This document shows positions 1 through 12,420 of a DNA stretch of 50,796 bases, in pieces. The translations under genes and the position numbers were made by a program. Positions within the stretch are counted from its first letter, which is position 1. Every line of letters begins with the position of its first letter. Where the stretch lies: contig JAUCBJ010006858.1 of assembly GCA_032718475.1 (NCBI GenBank), forward strand, positions 1-50,796, in the 5' to 3' direction. The stretch is from Nemertoderma westbladi (Eukaryota > Animalia > Xenacoelomorpha). The notes below the pieces were generated by a model. That model worked only from the letters and a program-made list of their open reading frames with translations. It was not told the origin of the DNA and ran no database searches.

Positions 1-868
1 CCTTTAAGACTTTGGTATAACCATTAAACCATTTTATGCTTTTTATGCTTTTTTCGTTAATCGAATTAATTTTTAGTAATCGAAAGCGAATTCAGAATAA
101 AATCTTCATTGTTTATTTTATAATAGACACCAAAAGAGCACTAAAATTACAAGTAGCTTGAAATTTTCAAATAGCCAAAAGTGGTAATTTGGCCGTATAG
201 TTTGGCTACTGAGGTTTTAGAATGTGCTGATTTAATTGGCAAGGTTTATAAAATTGTGGTATTTTCAAAAATGGCCAATGTTTCAGTCGAAAATTCTAAG
301 TGCCAACCAGGGGGGGGGTTACTTTAGAATTTTTTTAGATCTTGGCTCAAAAATTACAATTTTGATGGTATGAGGGATTTCGATGACGCTGATCATGATA
401 AAACATGTCAAACTTTCTGGCAAATTTAAATTTTCTGGCAATGCATCAATCATTTTTGGTTCTATTTTCTGATTTTGTCAAACTAAACATTTTGTGTTTG
501 GTTTGATAATTCTTAACGTATATGGGTTTTCGAAGTAGCTGATCGCGATGAAAGTAGTTATAAATATTTCTGGTATGTGCAAACCCAATTTTGGTGCCAT
601 GTTGTTATATTACACAACTCTTCGATATGTTTGATGTAGAGGAATAAACCTTGCCAATTAAATCAACAAATTCTAAAACCTCAGTAGCCAAACTGTATGG
701 CCAATTTACCAAGTTTTAAAAAGTGCTACTTGCACTTTTGGTGCTCTTTTAGTATATATTGATAAAAAAATGAAAATTTTGTTTCTAATCTTACTTTCGA
801 TTACTAAGAATGAATTCAACAAACCAATAAAGCCTAGTATGGTTTAATGGTTATACCAAAGTCTTTGT
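1..868. mobile_element. Foldback/MITE-like element with long imperfect inverted arms (may extend past the window start)
   Basis: aagactttggtataaccattaaacca (6-31) is the reverse complement of 840-865. The segment 195-249 pairs with 644-700. No ORF. Confidence 0.75.
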
Positions 869-1101
869 AGGGTGATTGATGTATATTGTGTAATTTAATC
901 AATTCCGAAAGGTTCCGAAATGGTATGGGTGCCAGGAACTCCTCATATCTCGAAAACTACTGGAGCTATTAAAGTTTTATTTGCCCCATCTAAAAGAGGA
1001 CATAATTTTAGTTAGGGACGAGTACTTTTGGCGCGCTAGACATATTATTTCGGAGGTTCTATCTAAGAGAAATAACTGCCCCACTAAATTTAGGGGCTCT
1101 G

Positions 1102-2257
1102 CAGCAGCTTGGCGGGTCGTATCTATAGTAGGTCCAGCAGCTTGGCAGGTCGTATCTATAGTAGGTCCAGCAGCTTGGCGGGTCGTATCTATAGTAGGTC
1201 CAGCAGCTTGGCGGGTCGTATCTATAGTAGGTCCAGCAGCTTGGCGGGTCGTATCTATAGTAGGTCCAGCAGCTTGGCGGGTCGTATCTATAGTAGGTCC
1301 AGCAGCTTGGCGGGTCGTATCTTATAGTAGGTCCAGCAGCTTGGCGGGTCGTATCTATAGTAGGTCCAGCAGCTTGGCGGGTCGTATCTATAGTAGGTCC
1401 AGCAGCTTGGCGGGTCGTATCTATAGTAGGTCCAGCAGCTTGGCGGGTCGTATCTATAGTAGGTCCAGCAGCTTGGCGGGTCGTATCTATAGTAGGTCCA
1501 GCAGCTTGGCAGGTCGTATCTATAGTAGGTCCAGCAGCTTGGCGGGTCGTATCTATAGTAGGTCCAGCAGCTTGGCAGGTCGTATCTATAGTAGGTCCAG
1601 CAGCTTGGCGGGTCGTATCTATAGTAGGTCCAGCAGCTTGGCGGGTCGTATCTATAGTAGGTCCAGTAGCTTGGCAGGTCGTATCTATAGTAGGTCCAGC
1701 AGCTTGGCGGGTCGTATCTATAGTAGGTCCAGCAGCTTGGCAGGTCGTATCTATAGTAGGTCCAGCAGCTTGGCGGGTCGTATCTATAGTAGGTCCAGCA
1801 GCTTGGCGGGTCGTATCTATAGTAGGTCCAGCAGCTTGGCGGGTCGTATCTATAGTAGGTCCAGCAGCTTGGCGGGTCGTATCTATAGTAGGTCCAGCAG
1901 CTTGGCGGGTCGTATCTATAGTAGGTCCAGCAGCTTGGCGGGTCGTATCTATAGTAGGTCCAGCAGCTTGGCGGGTCGTATCTATAGTAGGTCCAGCAGC
2001 TTGGCGGGTCGTATCTATAGTAGGTCCAGCAGCTTGGCGGGTCGTATCTATAGTAGGTCCAGCAGCTTGGCGGGTCGTATCTATAGTAGGTCCAGCAGCT
2101 TGGCAGGTCGTATCTATAGTAGGTCCAGCAGCTTGGCGGGTCGTATCTATAGTAGGTCCAGCAGCTTGGCGGGTCGTATCTATAGTAGGTCCAGCAGCTT
2201 GGCGGGTCGTATCTATAGTAGGTCCAGCTGCTTGGCGGGTCGTATCTATAGTAGGTC
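1102..2257. repeat. 33-bp minisatellite, 35 near-identical copies
   Basis: Unit cagcagcttggcgggtcgtatctatagtaggtc, with a recurrent ggcg/ggca variant and one 1-nt insertion near 1322. No spacers. Confidence 0.97.
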
Positions 2258-2719
2258 GTCATGTCTCCGTTAATAATTGGTGGGTCAGAATTTTTTAGGC
2301 TTTCAATAAATTATTAGCTACAAACGTTTAATAAATCTACTTACTCAATCAACCACAACTATTGTACCTGTTGAACCCTAGCTATCTATTATTACTTAGG
2401 AAACTGGAAATCTGGGTTTTACAACGATTCCAAATTGATGTATTCGTTTATCCCATTCAACTATTAATTTTCCTTAAAGAGAGTTCAAGCTTATAGTTTA
2501 TAGCGGTTTGTTTATCTAAATAGCATCACTCCGGGCGGAAAAACAACGATATTTATATATTGTTTACCGATTTGGAGTCCTTGGAAAGCTATTGTGAAGT
2601 TATTGTGAAAAACCAAAACTGGGTTACAAATCGGGGGGAAGGGGAGGGGGGGGGGGTCAGTTACACAAGGAACTATACAAATATAAGGATTATGATTGGT
2701 TGTTGTTGTTGTTGTTTAG

Positions 2720-3031
2720 ACGCACCCACAGCCGGTTGCTATAACAACCGGCGTGCTACCTAGCAGCCCGGCGTATAAGTCTCAGGAAGACATGTACGAC
2801 GAGATACTGGACCTAAAGAAAACCGTCGTGAGTGTCACTAACGATAACAACCGGTTGAAGGCGCGGTGTAGGCGGGTGGAGGAGGAGGGGTTGAAGAAGG
2901 ACAGACAGTTGGTGGGGTTGTTGGACCCGGGCAAGGACGAGGACATGCGACGGAGTATGGGGGACCGGAAGGCCGACAGCGCGGCCGTACTGGGAAGTCT
3001 CAGACACAAAATACTGCAGCTGGAGTTACAG
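2720..3031 (+). CDS. IQCE: IQ domain-containing protein E-like, internal exon A
   Basis: Acceptor tttag| and donor cag|gttaat. The peptide YKSQEDMYDEILDLKK...RRVEEEGLKKDRQLVGLLDP...LRHKILQLELQ matches the IQCE coiled-coil region as I recall it (EDMYDEIIELKK...RRLEEENSRKDRQIEQLLDP). The 5' acceptor is less certain than the donor. Confidence 0.85.
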
Positions 3032-3570
3032 GTTAATTGGTTATTAATTGATTATTGGTGTAATTAATTAATTACATTGTACAATATAATAAATATCATT
3101 TATCTACCCTATTTGGTATTTAAAGAAGGTAAATAATGTAGAACATAATTTTCACTATGTTATATTTTATTTACAGAGCGAAGCGAGGTTTAGGTTTATC
3201 TGTCTGATGAGATACAATTTGATGCAATTTGATAAAAATAAATAAAAATAAAAATCGTTTTCGAAAAATAATTTTAGTTCTTTTTTTTTAATTATTACAG
3301 AGAGAAAATAGCGACGTTTATAATTGGGACAACCGGACAATATCTATAAGCCTTCTATAGACGTTTAAGTAATATAATCCCAATCGGATAAAACGTCGTA
3401 TAAAGCATTTATACGGGTCATATAAAGTAGTTTTACCTGTCGTATAAAGTAATAGAACCCGCCGAATAAAACCACGCGTTTGATAATTATAAGTAACAAC
3501 TTCATCGAGTCAATAACAAGTTAATAAATTTAATTTATTAAATTTATTATTTAAATTTAATAATTTTAAG

Positions 3571-3740
3571 GTAAAAGATAAAGATTTTCAGTTGAGACGT
3601 TTTAATGACGATATTAAAACCACCAAAGTTGAGGAACAGCGAGGCGCTATGGGGGTCTTCTACCAGGAGATTCTGAGGTTGAGAGCTAAGTTACAGTCCG
3701 GGGACACCAGTCATTGGCAAACTGAAAGTAAATTAGACAG
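3571..3740 (+). CDS. IQCE: IQCE-like, internal exon B
   Basis: Acceptor ttttaag|, phase 0 with exon A. VKDKDFQLRRFNDDIKTTKVEEQRGAMGVFYQEILRLR continues the IQCE similarity. Donor ag|gtattc, phase 2. Confidence 0.85.
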
Positions 3741-4753
3741 GTATTCTATTTATAATTATTGCGTTCTAGTTATCTAAGTATTTCTTATTACTTGTATTTT
3801 TATCTACATCAATATGATTCCGAAATATTATTACTGTTCCCAATTTATACTTCATTGGGTTGGTAAAGGGATATAAAGTATTTATGTTCCACATTGTTTT
3901 AGTAATTTAGATATTATTAATACCTCGTCGTTCTAGAACAATATAATAAGATATTATTTAAATATTTGTTCCACCACTTCGTGTTTCAGTAACAAAAAAC
4001 ATATAAATTCTAGAATTTTATTTATTATTAAATTAAATTAAATTTTAAACTGAAAAAAAAACCCAGAAATGGGGGGGAGTGAATATGATACTTCAGGAAG
4101 GAGGATATCTACCTAGTTTATTACCTTATATACTCGTTACGTATTAACCAACACAAAACTTTTAATCATAAATTAAATAAACATAAATTCTTGTATGGAA
4201 AACCTTCTAGAACATTTATAATGAAGAATTTAATGTTCATGAAGAAATCTTTATTTATTACTTGGAAAATATTCTCGAGGTATTTTATTTACCGAACGCC
4301 AGCGAGGAAAAAATATTTTATGTTTCTTATTTCGCCAGGAAAAAAGTAAAATCAACGCAATCCTAAGGTTTACTTTATTCCTAGGGAAAAAAGGTTTCCT
4401 TTTTGTCCCGATTTTGGGGAAAAGAGAAAAAAAGAAGAATATGTTTTGTTCTGTAACATATTTTTTAGAATAACATCTGAATTCTATTTACATCACATTG
4501 TATCTTTCTCTCTCGGTTGCCCGATCTTTACACACTGTGTAAGGATCTGTGTTATATTCAGGTGATCACGTATAATATTTAATAATTCTAGAACATCACT
4601 AAGTCGCATCTGTTTAATGTTTATTCCGAGGCTAAAGACCTAATTATTACTGTACTGATTCTATGTTTACTGTAAATTACGGGGTTTTCTCGAACAATTA
4701 AACTGAAAGTAAATATTTTGTGTTATTGTAATTAAATATGTAAAAAAATTTAG

Positions 4754-4868
4754 GTCAAATGGAGAAATAGCAGGAAAGACAAGAGCTCTTAATCTCACGA
4801 TAAAACGGCTGAGTGACGCCAATCACAGACTGGAGGGCGACAACAGAACGTTAAGGAAAGATCTGCAG
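4754..4868 (+). CDS. IQCE: IQCE-like, internal exon C
   Basis: Acceptor tttag|g is phase-2 compatible. Encodes the coiled coil SNGEIAGKTRALNLTIKRLSDANHRLEGDNRTLRKDLQ. Donor cag|gtattt. Confidence 0.75.
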
Positions 4869-5439
4869 GTATTTATTGATTTATCTTAACTTGTTTCAGA
4901 TTTCAGATTTACAAACCACAAAAAATAGATTTTGTAAATTTAACTTTCAATTCTTTAATTCAATTGGAATTTATTTAACTATAAAATAATTTGTTTTTAA
5001 CAGCCGAAAAAAGGGAAACGAGTTGTTAGGGTAAGAATTATGTTCTAGAATTATCGATGTTGCCATTATTACTGTAAAAATTAGTCAACATAATGTGTTT
5101 GATTGTAATATTGTGTAGAATATTCTACGGGATGGGCCACTTAAAATGCGCCACTTTATTTTACACTAAATGTAATAAATGACTTTATATTACTCTATAT
5201 ATAACTTTATGTTGCATGCGCGTTTTTATCCAGTCAACCGGCATCGCTTGCTCTTTATGATAATAAAACAGCAGCTCTTTATGACATTCAGACATTCCAG
5301 GGTGAATATAATAGGAAATTATGAAAGCCCCCTTACTATGTTTAATAGGTGAGGTGCCCCTATCTACCAGGACGGACGTTGGGAGTCCGTGTACGAATAC
5401 CATATCCGTGAAAAATATAAACACGTAATGAAATATTTT

Positions 5440-6275
5440 GGTTTCTTAAACCGACATTATCTAATGCCTATCAGCCTGGAACTATAGGTATTTGGTGCTG
5501 CCCTTACCGCTGCTATATTTTATAGCTGTGGAACCTGGCTGGGAGGGGGGGGGGGGGGACCTACATGCATTATTAATAAATATACAGTAACTACATGTTA
5601 TGTGCTGCCCTTGGTGTGAGACAAAATACTTCCGTAATGTAATTTATATAGAAAGTGGGGAGTTTAACACAACCTGTTTCATAATGGAGAGGCAGCGACA
5701 TTTTTTACATGCAATGCAAAAAAACGAAGATTTACACGAACCCCTGTGCCATATAGTAAAACTCTGCCGGCGAGCAAAAACTAGAATGCAAGGATGATAG
5801 ACAAAAGACTAACTGACACAGTAGACTCCATTGATACTAATCGCACCGATACTAATAACTCAATTCGACACATTCGGCACAGCCACTCGACGTTAACCAT
5901 ATTATTCTATGAACCATGAGCTCATATCCCTAGACAATTACAGACAAATCACTGACTATAACGAACTTCACAGAATATCATGGTCGAGATTCCGACTGAC
6001 GTCGACGAACTTGGCAGTGGGGTTAGGGTGATGGACTCGTACTGAACGTAGCGAACGGATGTGGCCATGTGGACTAACACATACAGAACCTCACGTGAAC
6101 TCAGTTTGTCCTAAAACCTGTAACCCACACGATGGCCAACACATCCTAACCTCATTTTCCGATGTTCAGAACTACGACTCCATTCCATTCATACGCAATT
6201 GTCTCTAAATTTTAGAACAATGACGACAACGTCCACATTGACGACAACGTCCACAATGACGACAACGTCCACATT
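5440..6275 (+). mobile_element. Degenerate, 5'-truncated LINE (post-RT C-terminal region)
   Basis: Broken frames give NVIYIESG...RQRHF and RISWSRFRLTSTNLAVGLG*WTRTERSERMWPCG...EPHVNSVCPKT, resembling the RFRLSSHxLxIExGRW...CxC...ExH...CP end of LINE ORF2. Ends in 3 x 18-bp tgacgacaacgtccaca repeats. Boundaries approximate. Confidence 0.6.
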
Positions 6276-6511
6276 GCCATTCACAATTTAATTCGTCCTC
6301 CATATATATTTATCTTCTGTTTTTTTTACACCGATTTATTTTTCTCTGGTCAGATATGTCCTACCTAATTATTTATAAACTCACTGTTAGATTTTAACAT
6401 ATTTAATGACTAATTTAACTTATAGGACTATTGGCGTATTTTCTTTAATTATTTATTCTTGTGTGACTTAAATCATGACTATATTCATTAAATTAATGTT
6501 CCGATTTGTGT

Positions 6512-8211
6512 CTGTAATGGTTCTGCGATGGTTCTGTAATGGTTCTGCAATGGTTCTATATGGTTCTGTAATGGTTCTGTAATGGTTCTATAATGGTTCT
6601 GTAATGTTTCTGTAATGGTTCTGTATAATGGTTCTGCAATGGTTCTATAATGGTTCTGCAATGGTTCTATATGGTTCTGTTCTGCAATGGTTCTGTAATG
6701 GTTCTATAATGGTTCTGTTCTGCAATGGTTCTGTAATGGTTCTGCAATGGTTCTATAATGGTTCTGTTCTGCAATGGTTCTGTAATGGTTCTGTAATGGT
6801 TCTGTATAATGGTTCTGTTCTGCAATGGTTCTGTAATGGTTCTGTATAATGGTTCTGTTCTGCAATGGTTCTGTAATGGTTCTGCAATGGTTCTATAATG
6901 GTTCTGTTCTGCAATGGTTCTGTAATGGTTCTGTATAATGGTTCTGTTCTGCAATGGTTCTGTAATGGTTCTGTAATGGTTCTATAATGGTTCTGTTCTG
7001 CAATGGTTCTGTAATGGTTCTATAAGGGTTCTGTAATGGTTCTGTAATGGTTCTGTAATGGTTCTGTATAATGGTTCTGCAATGGTTCTATAATGGTTCT
7101 GCGATGGTTCTGTAATGGTTCTGCAATGGTTCTGCAATGGTTCTGTAATAGTTCTATAATGGTTCTGTTCTGCAATGGTTCTGTAATGGTTCTATAATGG
7201 TTCTGTAATGGTTCTGTATAATGGTTCTGCAATGGATCTATAATGGTTCTGTAATGGTTCTGCAATGGTTCTGTAATGGTTCTGCAATGGTTCTGTAATG
7301 GTTATGTAATGGTTCTATAATGGTTCTATAATAGTTCTGTAATGGTTCTGTAATGGTTCTGTATAATGGTTCTGTAATGGTTCTGTAATGGTTCTGTATA
7401 ATGGTTCTATAATGGTTCTGTAATGGTTCTGTAATGGTTCTATAATAGTTCTGTAATGGTTCTGTAATGGTTCTGTATAATGGTTCTATAATGGTTCTAT
7501 AATAGTTCTGTAATGGTTCTATAATGGTTCTGCAATGGTTCTATAATGGTTCTGTTCTGCAATGGTTGTGTAATGGTTCTATAATGGTTCTGTAATGGTT
7601 CTGTAATGGTTCTGTAATGGTTCTATAATAGTTCTGTAATGGTTCTGTAATGGTTCTGTAATGGTTCTGTAATGGTTCTATAATAGTTCTGTAATGGTTC
7701 TGTAATGGTTCTGTATAATGGTTCTGTAATGGTTCTGTAATGGTTCTGTATAATGGTTCTATAATGGTTCTGTAATGGTTCTGTAATGGTTCTATAATAG
7801 TTCTGTAATGGTTCTGTAATGGTTCTGTATAATGGTTCTATAATGGTTCTGTAATGGTTCTGTAATGGTTCTGTGTAATGGTTCTATAATGGTTCTATAA
7901 TGGTTCTGTAATGGTTCTATAATAGTTCTGTAATGGTTCTGTAATGGTTCTGTATAATGGTTCTATAATGGTTCTGTAATGGTTCTGTAATGGTTCTGTA
8001 ATGGTTCTGTATAATGGTTATATAATGGTTCTGTAATGGTTCTATAATGGTTCTGTAATGGTTCTGTAATGGTTCTGTAATGGTTCTGTAATGGTTCTGT
8101 TTAATGGTTCTGTAATGGTTCTGTAATGGTTCTATAATAGTTCTGTAATGGTTCTGTAATGGTTCTATAATAGTTCTGTAATGGTTCTGTAATAGTTCTA
8201 TAATGGTTCTG
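6512..8211. repeat. Satellite based on an 11-bp unit (aatggttctgt, with 13- and 16-bp variants)
   Basis: About 1.7 kb of continuous aatggttct(g/a)(t/c) units. Confidence 0.97.
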
Positions 8212-8483
8212 AGTTGCTGTGAAGTGAAACTGTATCTTATTACAATTACCTTATTTCTTATATTTTATCTTATCTTATTATAATTACATCTTATTTATTT
8301 ATTTACCGGTATTTTATATTTTACTCAATAAATTAATTAATGTAATTATTGCTTTTTTATCGAACTAAGTAATTAAATAACTACTTTATGTGATGGACTG
8401 AATATTTATAGTTATTTCATGCAATTTATTACTTTACCATATCCTATAAATTTGTAAATTATTCGTTCAATAAACTAACTACT

Positions 8484-8827
8484 TTAATCAATTTCTGCGA
8501 CTTCATATTCATCCGATGAAGGTCGAACACATTGTGAATTAAGACAATGAGTCATGACATAAGTTCTTTGTTTCTTCTTACCGGGAATATAAGGAGGATC
8601 AATACCTTTCTTCAAAAGTCTCTCAAAGTCAATTGATGAAGATGTAAAGAACATGTGTTCTTTTATTTCCTCAAAGTCTCCCTTGGTACCGAGTCGAAAT
8701 CTGGGATCCATTTCCAATAAACTCGAACAGAATGTTACGCCTTCTTCTGATAAGATACCATCTTCTTCCAACATTACAAAATTAGGTCCACAGCTGTAAA
8801 TATCATTTAAAATATCGTATGGTGGTA
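8484..8827 (-). CDS. C-terminal exon or fragment of an AGC-like Ser/Thr kinase (possibly a pseudogene)
   Basis: LSEEGVTFCSSLLEMDPRFRLG...EEIKEHMFF...IDFERLLKKGIDPPYIP corresponds to kinase subdomain XI plus the AGC tail PPxxP. A candidate acceptor caactag| lies at 8828-8829. Upstream exons were not found. Confidence 0.65.
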
Positions 8828-9516
8828 CTAGTTGTAGGCGAGTCAATATAGACAAAAAAAGGGGGTCAGCCCATAACAAATTCGCAATTCATCCAAACCA
8901 ATTTTTTTTATTCTACATTACCTTGTTAATACCCCCAAAAAGTCTATAAAAATATATTATGCGGATCACTTTCAATTTGCTGTTTCTTTCCTTAGCAACA
9001 TGTATTTTACATAGCAACAAGGGGTCTATTGGTGCAATTTTCTCCAAATGTGGCACAGACAAACTTTACTCTAATGACTATCGATTGACTGAAGTATGCA
9101 CTTCTAGATAATTACCAACGGAAATTTGTTTAATCTTTTAACCATTTTTAATACCAAATTTACTGGTACAATACCGGGAGCTTATTTATACTCCTTCTTT
9201 ACTAAACGGGTGGATGTAACCACGCCCTTCGGATTTATAGAACTCAAAAACTCTTATCACCAAAAAAATTATTTGTTCTAATATCAACTATTGTGGGTTT
9301 TAAACTAAAAGAAATAAATTGATTCAACCTTCGTTTACCTCACTAGAGACCAGTTAATCGCATTACCCCATGTAAGAAAGACCCGTGGCTTATATTTTAA
9401 AATTTGGTGCGGGATTAACAAGTTTGCCTCAACGACTCTGATCCTTAATGCTATAGACCATCCAGAACATTCCACTATTAATCTCTCCTATTTATCAAAA
9501 AGGCGGCGACTAGTTT

Positions 9517-12420
9517 GTGCACAAATTTTGTCCAATGGTTTCCACCATAAACTGTGTTAACCTTAATTGCAGAAGCCTTTCTACGAATTTTAGTGACACC
9601 ATTGATTTTTTGGACCTTTTAAATTTCAAATTTGATGCGTTGACATTTACCGAAACATTTCTTACAGACAAACATGATTTAAACCAATTCAAAATTAATG
9701 GCTATGAAGGCCCTTTTATCTGCAATAGAAAATACGGCAAACTGTCACGCGGTGGCACTGGAATTTATGTTAGAACTGGTTACTCTGTAGCTCACAGAAC
9801 AGATATAACACTTGAAGGGCTTGAATCAACATGGATTGAAATTAAGCGCCCAAACCAAATGAAAAATCTCATCATTGGATCTATTTATAGACCTGATTCT
9901 TATTGCCGAGAAAAATTCCTAGAAGTAATGGAAAAATTATTAAATAATATAACGATGAAAAAGCTTGATATAATTATCGCTGGAGATTTCAACGTTGACC
10001 TTCTAACTCCCACAAGTTACTCTTTGAAATATCTTAAATTTTTTCAATCCATTGGATTTGAGCAACTAATTGACAAGGCCACGCGCATCACTCAGCATTC
10101 CAAATCACTTATCGATCACATATTTTCAAATATTTCTGGAGTTATTAAAAAACCAGGTGTGTTTCTTAATGAGATCGGTACAACAGACCACTTACCAACT
10201 TTTTATGTTTTAGATAATTACGATAATTATTTTGAAAAACATACACACACCAAATTCACACATGACTATAGCAAATTCAAGAACGACATTTTTCAGCGTG
10301 ACCTAATTGAAGAATTGTCTTGGAACTATGCAGACCCGGCTGTGCCAAATAAATTAAAGTTCTCGCAGTTTTATGCAGATTTTGAAAAAATATGTAATGA
10401 AAACTTGCCATTGAAAAAAGCCTCTACTTTTCCAATAATAAAAAAGCCCTGGATGAATCAAAGTTTAGTAAACTGCGCTATAAAAAAAAATAGAATGTAT
10501 CGAGATCTAATGGAATACCCATCTCATAAGAAACAAGTGGATTATAGGAATTACAGAAACTTCCTAACAAAAACTTTGCGTTCGGCCCAAAAGCAATACT
10601 ATCATAAAGAATTTACTAATAACTCCGGAAATATCAAAAAAACATGGCGCACCATTAACTCCGCAATAAACCGACGAAACCAAACAAATATACCAAAAAA
10701 ATTACTCATTCCATCACAAATCGGCAAGACAGAAATAAGTCAACCGCGAGATATTGCCACTGCATTTAATTCTCATTTTGGTTCAATTGGCCCAACGCTA
10801 GAAAAGGCTATACCGATATCCAACCGGTCCCCAACAAGATATATAAATAATAAACACCCAAAATCATTTTCACTAATCGGTACTTGTACCGCTGAGATCT
10901 CCCTTTTTATTCTAGAATTGGACAACTCCTGCTCAACCAATGACAATTTCCCACTAAAATTAGTAAAATTAGCTGTTAAACAAATTGCACCTCGATTAGC
11001 CGCGCTTATAAATTTATCCATTGACCAGGGTTTCTTCCCAGATGCCCTAAAGTGTGCAAAAATTATCCCCGTTTACAAAAATGGTGACCCTTTTGATGTA
11101 AACAATTATAGACCTATATCCATTTTGCCAGTTTTCAGTAAATTGTATGAACGTCTCATAAATAACCAATTATTATCATATCTGGACAAATTCTCCCACC
11201 TCTCTGAATCACAGCACGGCTTCCGTAAAAAAAGGTCCACTACAGACGCGATATTAATTACCACAGAAAAAATAAGGAACTGTCTCGATAATCACAACAC
11301 TGCTTGTCTCATCAGTCTGGACCTTAAAAAAGCGTTCGATACGCTTAACCATAATATTTTGTTGAAAAAATTAGAATCATACGGTATCAGGGGTCTCCCG
11401 TTAAAACTAATTGCTGACTATCTAAAGGATCGGCAGCATGTAGTTAGTATTAATAACGTCCTGTCAGATCCTTTAATCTTGCTTTGCGGTATTCCACAAG
11501 GGTCCCTAATCTCCCCTACTTTGTTTTTAATATATATAAACGACCTTCCCAACTCCACAAAATTAATCACCACTCTTTTTGCAGACGATACCACACTTCT
11601 CCACTTTGATAGAAATCCACATAGGTTGATACAAACAGTAAATGATGAATTAAAGAATATTGACCAATGGTTAATAGACAATAGGTTATCCTTAAATCTC
11701 ACAAAAACAGAATATATTTTTATCTCCAGTACTTATGACAACCATCCAACAACTCATCCAATCAAAATCCGTGACCAACTTATAAAAATGAAACCATCTA
11801 CTAAATTTTTAGGAACATTAATCGATAATAAATTATCTTGGAAACCACACTGTGACTATATCCTGTCAAAAATATCTAAAACTATAGGAATTTTTTATAA
11901 ATTGCGATACATATTTCCTTTAAATATACTTAGACTTCTTTACTACTCCCTGCTATATCCTTATATATCCTATGGAATAATTCTCTGGGGAAATACATGC
12001 AAAAAATATTTAAATCCAATCCAAATAAAAATAAATAAGGTCATCCGCGCTATAACATTCAACCACTACCAGGCACACGCCGCCCCTATCTATAAGTCCC
12101 TACATATCCTTCCTCTAGATCTACTATACAAACAAGAAGTAGCAAAATTCATGTTTTCAATACATCATGGCAACAAACCAGTAGCATTAAAATCTTTATT
12201 TCAAAAATCCTCGCAAATACACGAACATTACACTCGATCTAGCTCGCGAGGAAACTACTTTATTCCATCTACAAGATTAGTAGTTGCACAAAAATCAATA
12301 CACTATGACGGGTCAATAGTATGGAATAACCTTCCCCAAAATATTAAATTACAAAAATCTCGAAGCAGTTTTATAAAGTACCTAAAAAATCACCTCTTCT
12401 CACTGCTTGATCGTATTTAA
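9517..12420 (+). mobile_element. Non-LTR retrotransposon ORF2 (APE endonuclease + reverse transcriptase), CR1/L2-group-like, uninterrupted
   Basis: 967-aa ORF. Endonuclease motifs FTETFL, GGTGIY, IYRP, AGDFN, SLIDHIF, TDHLP. RT motifs NYRPISIL, QHGFR, DLKKAFD, GIPQGSLISP, FADD, KFLG. Confidence 0.95.

Noticed and set aside
981-2273. 430-aa and 324-aa repetitive ORFs, or a CRISPR-like array
   Set aside because: These are by-products of a 33-bp tandem unit. There are no unique spacers and no cas genes, and the context is eukaryotic.
6628-7265. ORFs inside the 11-bp satellite
   Set aside because: Translations of simple repeats.
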